Positions 1-8,266 of a stretch of DNA of 64,000 bases are shown piece after piece. Source of the DNA: an uncultured Verrucomicrobiae bacterium. Lineage in GTDB: Bacteria > Verrucomicrobiota > Verrucomicrobiia > Chthoniobacterales > JAFAMB01. Position numbers and translations under genes: made by a program. The notes below the pieces were generated by a model. It worked only from the letters and a program-made list of their open reading frames with translations, ran no database searches and was not told the DNA's origin. Numbering within the stretch: position 1 is the first letter of the stretch; each line of letters begins with the position of its first letter. The stretch spans positions 480,001 through 544,000 of the forward strand of contig CAVXLD010000012.1 in assembly GCA_963762565.1 (NCBI GenBank), written 5' to 3'.

Positions 1-1092
1 CGCTGGGAAAGGTCGATCTGGCAAATAAGGCGCCGGATCGATCTCGCCTTTTACGCCCTGGACATGTTGGAGCACAAGCTTAGCCGTCGCGAGCGAAGCG
101 GTGATGCCGAGCCCCTCGTGCCCTGTCGCTAGAATCAACCCGGGAACTTCGGGGTACGGCCCAATCAACGGGAGACCATCGGGTGTCGCGCCCCGGAATC
201 CTGTCCAGATTCTGTTTACAACGCAGTCGCAGAGCGCCGGAACGAACGAAACCGCGCGTTTTAACATTCGATCCACAATGAGTGGTTCAACTTCAGGTTT
301 TAACTCGTACTCGCGGCTCGAACCAATCAGTAACTGTCCCGTACTGCGCGGCTGCAGATTAAAAGCCACTGAGGCAGGATCTGAGCCGTGTGCGCTTTGC
401 AGGTAGCCGGTCTCGATCAGTTGATGCCGAATCAGCGGCTCTGGTAACCTCTCGGTAATCGCAAGATGCCCTTTTCGTTTACGCAATGGCAGGCCCGGTA
501 GCAGGTCTGTCGCGTCGGCGCCCGTGGCCAGCACGATGTGCGACGCTTCCATGATTTCTCCGCCTGCCAACTCAACCGAATGCGGTCCAATCCTTTTGAC
601 TTCGGAACGGAAATATTTGGCTCCAGACCGAAAGGCTCGAACTAGGAGTTCGCTGGTTGCTATCGGAGCAGATAACACGGCATCCGCTGGGATTCTTAGC
701 CCTCCGATCACACCAGGAGCCAAGGCTGGCTCGAGTTCGAACAGTTTAGCCTGGTTCACGACATCCGCTTCGACGCCGTATTTACGAAAAAAATCCCGGC
801 GCAGTTCGATCGCTCTCATTTCGTCTTCGTTCGATGCCACCCACAATGTGCCCGTTGTCCGAAACTCGATTCGATCCGAGAGAGCCACCTGGTGCCAGAG
901 ACGTCTGGAATAAGCAGTGAGCTTGAGTTGAGCCTCGCTGTTGTCTAGTGCCAAGATGTGTCCCATCCCGACAGCCGTCGCCCCAGAGCCGGGTTCATTA
1001 CGTTCAAGCACTCCTACCGATAGGCCCGCCGCAGCTAATTCCTGTGTGCAAGCCGCCCCAACAATCCCAGCTCCAATGACCAAAACATCCAT
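1..1092 (-). CDS. FAD-dependent D-amino-acid oxidase family oxidoreductase (probable hydroxyproline dehydrogenase subunit); 3' end outside window
   Basis: Not in ORF track. Manual translation from ATG at 1092 gives MDVLVIGAGIVGAAC (GxGxxG FAD motif) and a C-terminal ATGHEGLGITASLATAKL motif; the frame runs off the left edge. Lies downstream of the epimerase gene. Confidence 0.85.
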   Translation of the reverse strand, partial: MDVLVIGAGIVGAACTQELAAAGLSVGVLERNEPGSGATAVGMGHILALDNSEAQLKLTAYSRRLWHQVALSDRIEFRTTGTLWVASNEDEMRAIELRRDFFRKYGVEADVVNQAKLFELEPALAPGVIGGLRIPADAVLSAPIATSELLVRAFRSGAKYFRSEVKRIGPHSVELAGGEIMEASHIVLATGADATDLLPGLPLRKRKGHLAITERLPEPLIRHQLIETGYLQSAHGSDPASVAFNLQPRSTGQLLIGSSREYELKPEVEPLIVDRMLKRAVSFVPALCDCVVNRIWTGFRGATPDGLPLIGPYPEVPGLILATGHEGLGITASLATAKLVLQHVQGVKGEIDPAPYLPDRPFPA

Positions 1093-1242
1093 CGAGGACT
1101 TATCTAAACCGCGAATGGACACGAATGAACACGAATATTTTAATCACGAATCGATCGATTACCGTCCCCGACCGCTGGCATTTGCCAAAGCCGTTAAACC
1201 TATCTGCGTAAATCTGCGTTCATCTGCGGTTAAATATTCGCG

Positions 1243-2238
1243 TCAATTCGTGTCCATTCGCGGTTCGTCTCTCATTCCTTTCTGTCTTTGGGTGAGCTCT
1301 TGTTTGTGTCCATTCGCGGTTGGGATCCCAAACTGAAATGGATCCTGCTCATCGAATACGATCTCGCCCTCAGCCGTTACAAAAGCGGATCCCGTGATCG
1401 TCGGAATCACTGCGCCTGCTTGATCAAATTGATAAACCGCGTCGAATAGGGTCAAAATGATGCTCTCTTGCCGCCAGACCTGGCCGGGGGAAAGTTTTCC
1501 TTCAGCGGAGAGGCAAGCCAGTTTAGCGCTGGTCCCGGTGCCACAGGGACTCCGGTCATAAGCGCCTCCCGGACAAAGCACGAAGTTCCGGCTATCAGCG
1601 ACCTGCGACGGCCCGAACAGCTCGATATGATCGACCTTTTGAGTTTCTGGCTCAAGCGCAAGCGCTCGCTTAACCCTGATGCAATAATCGGTTAACGTCG
1701 CGCGATTCTCTAAGTTGATTTGCAGGCCGTGATTCTCGATTAAGAAGAACCAATTCCCGCCCCAGGCGATGTCTCCTGCCACCTTACCTAAGCCGTCGAC
1801 GAATAACACATGGCCTTTTTCCGCTCGATACGAAGGAACGTTTTGCACCGAGACTCGTCCATCTATGTGAAGCGTGGCCCCAACAACGCCAGCCGGTGTA
1901 TCGATCCGGTGCGGTCCGGGTTGTAGTCTTCCGAGATAGGCTAGGGTCCGGATAAGGCCGATCGTCCCATGTCCACACATGTTGAGATAACCGACGTTAT
2001 TAAAAAAGATTACGCCGGCGGAGCAGGTAGGATCGGAAGGCGGGACCAAAAGCGCTCCGACTGTGGTATCGCCCGCTCTCGGTTCAGTACAAAAGGCGCG
2101 TCGATAGGAATCAAACTTTCTAGCCAATATCTCGCGGCGTTCGGATAAGTTGCCCGACCCCAGATCAAAAGGAGCATCCAGAATGACCCGAGTGGGCTCG
2201 CCCGCAGTATGCGAATCGACAAACCGAACCGAATGCAT
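1243..2238 (-). CDS. Proline racemase / 4-hydroxyproline 2-epimerase
   Basis: DSHTAGEPTR N-terminus and two catalytic Cys motifs, MCGHGT and DRSPCGTG. The last residues (EPRMDTN) are repeat-derived. Confidence 0.92.
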   Translation of the reverse strand: MHSVRFVDSHTAGEPTRVILDAPFDLGSGNLSERREILARKFDSYRRAFCTEPRAGDTTVGALLVPPSDPTCSAGVIFFNNVGYLNMCGHGTIGLIRTLAYLGRLQPGPHRIDTPAGVVGATLHIDGRVSVQNVPSYRAEKGHVLFVDGLGKVAGDIAWGGNWFFLIENHGLQINLENRATLTDYCIRVKRALALEPETQKVDHIELFGPSQVADSRNFVLCPGGAYDRSPCGTGTSAKLACLSAEGKLSPGQVWRQESIILTLFDAVYQFDQAGAVIPTITGSAFVTAEGEIVFDEQDPFQFGIPTANGHKQELTQRQKGMRDEPRMDTN

Positions 2239-2356
2239 GACGCCTAATCGACCCTATTTCACGCTTGTCAATCGCGGACGGGCGCACGAAGGGAACGAAA
2301 CAATAGCCTCGCGCAAAGGGCGCAAAGGACGCAAAGGGAAGACAGACGAACCGCAG

Positions 2357-2378
2357 CCCCGAAATTCTCCGGGGTCAA
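2357..2378 (+). repeat. 22-bp hairpin mini-element, consensus CCCCGAAATTCTCCGGGGTGAA (first copy)
   Basis: Full copies start at 2357, 4308, 12732, 20360, 20546, 22496, 23226, 26035, 26689, 31807, 36381, 37779, 41627 and 43938 (both strands). Partial copies at 14119 and 44730; nested composite at 57430. Confidence 0.95.
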
Positions 2379-2507
2379 ATTAACGCAGTCGCCTCGCCTT
2401 TCACCTTTCACCTTTCACCCTCTTCCCTTTGCGTCCGTTGCGTCCTCTGCGCGAGGTTTCTGCCTTCCGGGTTTTCGGGTCGCTGCGCGCCGCTCAGGGC
2501 GCCGATG

Positions 2508-2822
2508 CTACCTGGGCTCGAGATAGTAAACAATATGCCCGGTCGCCCAACTGTCTTGGCTATGCAACCGGATGGCCCACAAGCCGATACCTGCAACCAC
2601 GGCGACCAAGCATAACACTCGCGGAACCGCATGCGCCCGATACTCCGGCGACAGGTTGATCCAGCAGCCGATTACTCCGACGAGACAAAGCAAATCAAAA
2701 CCCATGGTCATAAGCTGCACCGTATGCATGGGATACTCGTGGCTCGGCGTAAATGCCCGCCACAGAAACGTCATGATCAAGATGAGCGAGAGAATCACAA
2801 AGAGATTTCTGGTGCTAAGCAT
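2508..2822 (-). CDS. Small membrane protein (about 3 TM), unknown function
   Basis: 104-aa ORF with three hydrophobic segments, lying between repeat blocks. Confidence 0.6.
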   Translation of the reverse strand: MLSTRNLFVILSLILIMTFLWRAFTPSHEYPMHTVQLMTMGFDLLCLVGVIGCWINLSPEYRAHAVPRVLCLVAVVAGIGLWAIRLHSQDSWATGHIVYYLEPR

Positions 2823-2950
2823 AGTTCAGTCGACACGTTAACCTCGGGACGGCAACCCGGTAAATAAGTGCAATTGCTTATAGTTCACGCGGTTTCACCT
2901 GTCTTTCCTTCGCGTCCTTTGCGCCCTTTGCGCGAGGCGTCTGCTATTTG

Positions 2951-3349
2951 CTATTTATCCTCTTCCTCCAGGATCGGTTTGATATCGATAATCGGTGTAC
3001 CGTTGATGGCTTCCAACGACTCAACCCTGATCCAGTGATCAGTTATGCTGACGATTTTGGTGCGATGAAGGCCAATCGGGTTAGGACGATCCGGAGAACG
3101 AGTTCCAAATACACCGCGCAAAGGGGTATGCGGATTATTACGAGGATGGGTTTTCAGAATGGTTCGGTCTGCTTGATGGAGCCACGTCAGAACCCAGATA
3201 TCCATTCCCGTTTTGAGACCATCAAGCGCTTCGATATAAGCCGGTCTGATTTCCAAACTAGCATGTGGTGCACCTTCATGGGCCTGACGCGGGGCCGAAG
3301 TTCGAGCCGTCAGATGCGAGTGAACACGGCCGATATGGGTGAGGTTCAT
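2951..3349 (-). CDS. tsaA: TsaA/TrmO (YaeB)-like SAM-binding protein
   Basis: GVFGTRSPDRPNPIGL and LEAINGTPIIDIKP motifs. Start reassigned to ATG 3349 because the upstream extension is repeat-derived. Confidence 0.85.
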   Translation of the reverse strand: MNLTHIGRVHSHLTARTSAPRQAHEGAPHASLEIRPAYIEALDGLKTGMDIWVLTWLHQADRTILKTHPRNNPHTPLRGVFGTRSPDRPNPIGLHRTKIVSITDHWIRVESLEAINGTPIIDIKPILEEEDK

Positions 3350-3576
3350 TACGCTTCCTCCAGGAACAATGCCTACGGCGCGAGGGACAAATAGCAAATC
3401 GCAAATAGCACATAGCAATCTACCGGCAGTTGGAGTCTGCTCCCGTCCTCCCCCAACAGCCGCCACCAGCCAAGCGCCAACGGCGCACTCAGTCCACTCC
3501 GTCAACTCAGTCCACTACGTCAACTCCCACCACCAATCACCAATCACCAATCACCTTTCACCTTTCACCTTCTCCC

Positions 3577-4125
3577 TCACCGGCACCCAGCCAGCATCGC
3601 GTAAACGATGACACCGGTAACCGACACATACAGCCAGACCGGAAACGTGAACCGCGCCAACCGCCGGTGAGCCGGAAACCGCCCTGTGAGCGACAAAAAG
3701 AACGTGATGAGAATCATCGGCAGAGCCACAACGGAAAGAGCAATGTGCGAGATGAGCAACGGAAAATAAACACCACGAACGAACCCTTGACCCTGAAAAT
3801 GCATGTCGCCGTGAAGCGCATGATTCGTGATGTAGGTCACGAGGAAAACCGTAGAAAAGATAAACGCGGTGAACATGGCGCCTCGATGCTCACTGATGCG
3901 TCTTGCCCGGATAAAAAAGTAGCCGGCAACCAAAGCAATCGACGAAAGAGCATTCAACAATGCGTTTAACGCGGGCAGAAAAAGGAGCTGAGTCCCGGCC
4001 ACATCAGTCGGCGCATGATAATAAACGAGCCAGCAAAGAAACAGACTGGCGAGAGCGCTGATCCCGATAATAGCGCCGATGACGCTGATTGGTGTCCGAG
4101 TGTTGTCGCTGGTGATCGTAGTCAT
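3577..4125 (-). CDS. DUF420 family membrane protein
   Basis: LPALNALLN, HRGAM, HRRLARFTFPVWLYVSVTGV motifs; start ATG 4125. Confidence 0.88.
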   Translation of the reverse strand: MTTITSDNTRTPISVIGAIIGISALASLFLCWLVYYHAPTDVAGTQLLFLPALNALLNALSSIALVAGYFFIRARRISEHRGAMFTAFIFSTVFLVTYITNHALHGDMHFQGQGFVRGVYFPLLISHIALSVVALPMILITFFLSLTGRFPAHRRLARFTFPVWLYVSVTGVIVYAMLAGCR

Positions 4126-4472
4126 TCCCCGAAAAAGAACACGAAACCAAATCTCACGCAAAGAACGCAAAGCCGCAAAGAAAAGACAGTAATAGCCGCG
4201 AAAGAGCACAAAGAACACAAAGAAAGCCTCGCGCAGAGGACGCAAAGGGCGCAGAGGGAGCGGAAGAACGTGAAAGGTGGAAAATCTCGAAAAAACACGA
4301 ACCGCAGCCCCGAAATTCTCCGAGGTGAAATGGACGCAGATAGGGTACGGAGGGGAGGGGAACCGCGTTTACGAGCGTGGGCTTGATGCCAGCGCGACAG
4401 CTACTCCTTGAACTTCTCGAACTCCTGCAACTCCTTGAACTCCCTTTTCTCTGCGCTTTTTGTGCCTTCGCA

Positions 4473-4504
4473 GCTTGCCGCGCCGTAGGCTCTGCGAAGG
4501 AGGG
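4473..4504 (+). repeat. 30-32 bp hairpin mini-element, consensus CCTGTCGCGCCGTAGGCTTGGCGAAGGCGGA (first copy)
   Basis: Related copies near 6721, 12837, 14153(-), 18845(-), 18885, 21580/21591, 21687, 23286, 24740, 27892(-), 36306, 36447 and 59525. Confidence 0.9.
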
Positions 4505-4508
4505 GCTA

Positions 4509-5570
4509 TTAAATCTTCCCCAGCGTTGGGACAAAGCGCATCTTTTGGAATTGATCAAAGAGCCGGAATAACATTTCCTCGGTATCGACCCATTCCAGGA
4601 AACCGTACCGCCGGCATTTGTTGGTGTCCGTCATAATATCGTACTCGATATTGAAAATGGCTTCGCCGAAAGGCCAGGAGACAGCTTGATCGAATGAATA
4701 ATCGAGTAAGCCATGTTGTTTAACGAGCCGTTGCCAGAGCGCGCCTTTGTCCGACATGAATAGAGCCAACGGGAGATGTTGCGGTGGCGCGTACTCCATT
4801 TTGAAATAGTTGGCCAGACGCGGCCAGAGATTACTCCAACGATTGAAATCGCCGTTAGTGATATTGAAAGCTTCCCCGTCACAACGATCATTGGTACCCG
4901 CCCATACAATGGCTTTCGCTAACAGCTCAGCATCGGTCATCTCCAATACGATCTCGTATGCCTTGGCCGTGCCCGGGAACCGGAAAGGTAACCCCATTTG
5001 TTTGCAGAGCACAGCGTACACCGCCAGAACAGTGGCCATGTTCATTGGGTTACCCACCGCGAACCCGCAGATGGAAGAAGGACGTAACGCTGACCAGGAC
5101 CAGGATTTACCAGCCGATCGAGTTTTAAGGTAATCCTCCTGATCATAATAAAAATTTGGCGGCATATGCCGCAGATCATCCTCCCGGGCGGGTGTCTTGT
5201 AAGGACCGAGGTGCGCGCCGTACCATTTGGCGCCTTCAAGAAGAACCACCTTTCGGAATTGGGTCGATGAACGTTCCACGGTCTCAACCAGGTTGATGAG
5301 CATCGCTAAGTTAGGTCCTACCTCATCGAACACGCTCTTCCCCCAATAGAGCGCGGAGTAGAAGACGTGAGTGACATCTCCGATATCTCTCAGTTTAGAT
5401 TCAACCGCGGACCGGTCACAAAGATCGACTGCGATATAGTTAGCGGATGTCTGAAATTCAGGGCTTCTCCGGGATAACCCGATCACTTCCCAATCACCGA
5501 GTGAGACCAGATGGTTGACAAGGGTGCGACCGGTAACGCCGAGCGCTCCGGCTACCAAGGCCTTCTTCAT
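4509..5570 (-). CDS. Atypical SDR oxidoreductase (PRISE / progesterone 5-beta-reductase-like)
   Basis: ALVAGALGVTG Rossmann motif, GAKWYGAHLGP, PPNFYYDQED. Confidence 0.9.
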   Translation of the reverse strand: MKKALVAGALGVTGRTLVNHLVSLGDWEVIGLSRRSPEFQTSANYIAVDLCDRSAVESKLRDIGDVTHVFYSALYWGKSVFDEVGPNLAMLINLVETVERSSTQFRKVVLLEGAKWYGAHLGPYKTPAREDDLRHMPPNFYYDQEDYLKTRSAGKSWSWSALRPSSICGFAVGNPMNMATVLAVYAVLCKQMGLPFRFPGTAKAYEIVLEMTDAELLAKAIVWAGTNDRCDGEAFNITNGDFNRWSNLWPRLANYFKMEYAPPQHLPLALFMSDKGALWQRLVKQHGLLDYSFDQAVSWPFGEAIFNIEYDIMTDTNKCRRYGFLEWVDTEEMLFRLFDQFQKMRFVPTLGKI

Positions 5571-5716
5571 GGAGAGAGAATCTCACGCAAAACCGCAAAG
5601 AAAAGACAACAACCGCAGATGGACGCAGATTTACACAGATAGGGTATGGGGGAGGAGAACCGGGTTTACGAGCCGACAGCCACTCCTTGAACTCCTTTTT
5701 TTTGCGCTTTTTGTGC

Positions 5717-5759
5717 CCTTGGCCGACGAAGCTAAAGGGGGAGGTGGGGCGAAGTCGGC
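5717..5759 (+). repeat. 42-bp long-loop variant of the hairpin mini-element (CCTTGGCCGACGAAGC-TAAAGGGGGAGRTGGG-GCGAAGTCGG)
   Basis: Other copies at 24811-24852 and 45422-45463, and a degenerate one at about 48422-48467. Confidence 0.85.
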
Positions 5760-5933
5760 TTTTCGCGGCTATTAGTTTTTTCCACCAATCACAATCACCT
5801 CTCGCCAATCACCTCCCACCTTTCACCTGGGCAACGATTTACAAGATTCACAGTATGTGTGGACGGCTTACCCCATCTTGTATTTTTAGGAGCACAGACT
5901 CCCGGAAACACAAACCGCACGATTTCCCCTAAA

Positions 5934-6464
5934 ATGCTGATGAGAAAAGAGCCGGCACCCCAAGTAGATCCGAGGGTGGTATGGTATAACCTCTGGGCTG
6001 ATACAGCGAATCATCTCATCTACCAGACGCTGGCGCTAAAGGCAGACGGAGACAGAAAACGATGGGAGATAGTCATCATCACGACTGCTTTCTCCTTTTC
6101 TATAATTACATTGATATTTTCGTTCGTTGGTCAGGAATGGTCCACGATAGTTACTCGGATCTCGGCCGCGATGACCGTCCTCTTATCCGGGTTGGGAGGC
6201 GTTCTGCAACTGAAAGAGGCCGCGAAGGAGCTCAAGGCGCATCGCGACAAACTATTTTCCCTTTCCTATCACTCCGAAAGGGTTTGGAACCTCGCCCGAG
6301 ATCGCTCCCAACAGGAGAACGCTAGCGCTGAGGCGGATGCAGCTGACAAGGAACGCTTAAGCATCCGCCAAGCAACGCCCTTGTGCAAAGTACCGGACGT
6401 CTTGGCTGAGACTTGCTTTCAGCGCGCGTCCAAAATTTTAAGCGACCGATATACCCACAAATAG
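5934..6464 (+). CDS. Two-TM helical membrane protein, SLATT-like architecture
   Basis: N-terminal helix, two adjacent TM segments, then AKELKAHRD and a helical tail. The family assignment is an inference. Confidence 0.6.
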   Translation: MLMRKEPAPQVDPRVVWYNLWADTANHLIYQTLALKADGDRKRWEIVIITTAFSFSIITLIFSFVGQEWSTIVTRISAAMTVLLSGLGGVLQLKEAAKELKAHRDKLFSLSYHSERVWNLARDRSQQENASAEADAADKERLSIRQATPLCKVPDVLAETCFQRASKILSDRYTHK

Positions 6465-6474
6465 GATACACACC

Positions 6475-6615
6475 ATGGTTGAAGACAAAAACAACCTGCC
6501 AAGCAAAGAAAAATCACACTGGGGAGGCGGAGGTGAAAAGGCATATGTCGACCCGCCAGAGTCAATCAACCCGCCCAACATGCCTGAGTCGGATCCGGAA
6601 CAGGGAGTGCAGTAA
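6475..6615 (+). CDS. 46-aa acidic, Pro-rich peptide
   Basis: MVEDKNNLPSKEKSHWGGGGEKAYVDPPESINPPNMPESDPEQGVQ. ATG lies 10 nt after the upstream stop, with AGGA overlapping that stop; below the ORF-track cutoff. Confidence 0.5.
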   Translation: MVEDKNNLPSKEKSHWGGGGEKAYVDPPESINPPNMPESDPEQGVQ

Positions 6616-6818
6616 AAGGGTGGCCACCTATCGATTCGCGGTCCATCTTTTATCTGCGTAAATCTGCGTCCATCTGCGGTTAAGTTTTGTATTCGTGTTA
6701 ATTCGTGTCCATTCGCTGCTATGTCCGCGCCGTAGGCTTGGCGAAGGCGGGGTCCCTTTATGCGTTCTTTGTGCTCTTTCGCGGCTATTCCTGTCTTCGA
6801 CCAATCACCAATCACCAA

Positions 6819-7889
6819 TCACCTCTCACCTCCACCCACCCCGGGATCACTCGACTGGCGAATAACTAACTTCGTCGGCAAAATAGTCTTTAACGGCCCT
6901 TTCTCTTTCAACAACGCCGCGACAGCCATCCGTCCTTTCTCCTCAAACGACTGATGCACCGTCGTTAATCGCGGGACACTCATTTTGGCCGCGGGGATAT
7001 CATCAAAGCCGACCACGGCTAAATCTTTCGGGATCCGCAATCCGAGCTTGGACGCAACCTCCATCACCCCAAGAGCCAGCCGGTCACTCGTGGCCAGGAT
7101 CGCGGTAGGACGCGGCTTCTGGTTAAGCAAATACTCGGCTGCGGCTCTACCGTCCTCCTCACTGCTCCGCAGGCATTCCCAGATTCTCACCGAACTTTTT
7201 ACTCCGCCTGACTCAATAACCCCGAGATACCCTTGCATCCGGCGCCGGGCTACTTCGAAACGTGCCTTACGCAAACGGCTTTTATCGATGGGTCCGGTGT
7301 ATCCGTCGGCCTGCAACGGGAAGGTCACGATGCCAAATCTTCGGTGCCCCAGCTCTCTGAGGTGCTGGGCACAGGCGCGAGCCGCCGCCCGCTCTTCAAT
7401 CCCGACGAACGGGACATTGGGAAGCAAGAATTGATCGACCACGACCATCGGCAGACCCCGATCCACGACCGGTTGGATGGTCGGGCCATCGTTCGGCATG
7501 GTGTAAATAATGAGACCGTCAACCGCAGCTCTTCTGAGGATACCCTCATAGCCTTCACCGCATTGCACGAGCAATAGACCGAGATGCCGTTCGCTGCATC
7601 CTTCGGCAACTCCGCTCAAGAATGCCGAAGCGGCCGGATCCTGGAAAACGTGGTACAAAGGAGAGGCGTACACCACGGCGATGGCGCCGGCGAAACCGGT
7701 TCGCAACATCCTGGCGGCAGGATTGGGTCCTGGATAATTGAGGGAACGCGCGGTAGCCAAAATCTTCTCCCGTAATTCGGGTGAAAGCTGATCCGGCCGG
7801 CTAAAAGCGTAAGACACGGAAGCAATCGAAACTCCGACGGCTTTAGCTACGTCGGTGAGCGTACCCCGGTCTTTTAACGAAGGTCTCAT
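6819..7889 (-). CDS. LacI family transcriptional regulator
   Basis: TLTDVAKAVGVSIASVS HTH; VVGFDDIP...LTTVHQ sugar-binding domain. Confidence 0.95.
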   Translation of the reverse strand: MRPSLKDRGTLTDVAKAVGVSIASVSYAFSRPDQLSPELREKILATARSLNYPGPNPAARMLRTGFAGAIAVVYASPLYHVFQDPAASAFLSGVAEGCSERHLGLLLVQCGEGYEGILRRAAVDGLIIYTMPNDGPTIQPVVDRGLPMVVVDQFLLPNVPFVGIEERAAARACAQHLRELGHRRFGIVTFPLQADGYTGPIDKSRLRKARFEVARRRMQGYLGVIESGGVKSSVRIWECLRSSEEDGRAAAEYLLNQKPRPTAILATSDRLALGVMEVASKLGLRIPKDLAVVGFDDIPAAKMSVPRLTTVHQSFEEKGRMAVAALLKEKGPLKTILPTKLVIRQSSDPGVGGGER

Positions 7890-7910
7890 GCGAGCGCAAT
7901 TTAGCCGGAT

Positions 7911-7983
7911 TTACTTAAAGCATTAAATTTCTTTTTTGACTTCTCCACTTTCTTTGGCTTTTATTACTTAAAGCATTAAGTAA
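7911..7983. promoter_or_regulatory. Two putative LacI operator sites flanking a TTGACT -35 box
   Basis: TTACTTAAAGCATTAAATTT (7911-7930) and TTACTTAA-AGCA-TTAAGTAA (7964-7983, perfect 8-bp arms); TTGACT at 7936-7941. Confidence 0.7.
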
Positions 7984-8097
7984 CTCTGCCCGCAAAGGCT
8001 GCTAATCCCCCCAAGCCATGGACTTACGGCACCTCCGATGTTCTTCAATCCTAGCGCACGGCGCGCTTCGTCCTTCCGCCTTTGCCAACGCCTGGTT

Positions 8098-8214
8098 GTG
8101 GAGCGTGCCTCGCTTGCGAGGCCGACTTGGGATGACGGAGGAAGTCTTGGCAAAGGCGCGGCTATTAAGGATTTCGGCGACCCCTTCGGCCTCGCAAGCG
8201 AGGCAGCGCTCCAC
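8098..8214. repeat. Inverted pair of REP-like elements GTGGAGCG(C)TGCCTCGCTTGCGAGGCCGA
   Basis: Copies at 8098(+) and 8186(-). Others near 10996, 12775, 14216, 18792, 21563, 26623, 28257, 36294, 38438, 41530, 45310, 48273 and 59366. Confidence 0.85.
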
Positions 8215-8266
8215 CAATCACCAATCACCACTCACTTCTCACTAACCAACCCCAAACCCCCTCCTT

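Noticed and set aside
101..1336. Plus-strand ORFs 101-406, 524-913, 941-1336
   Set aside because: Antisense shadows of the minus-strand FAD oxidoreductase and epimerase.
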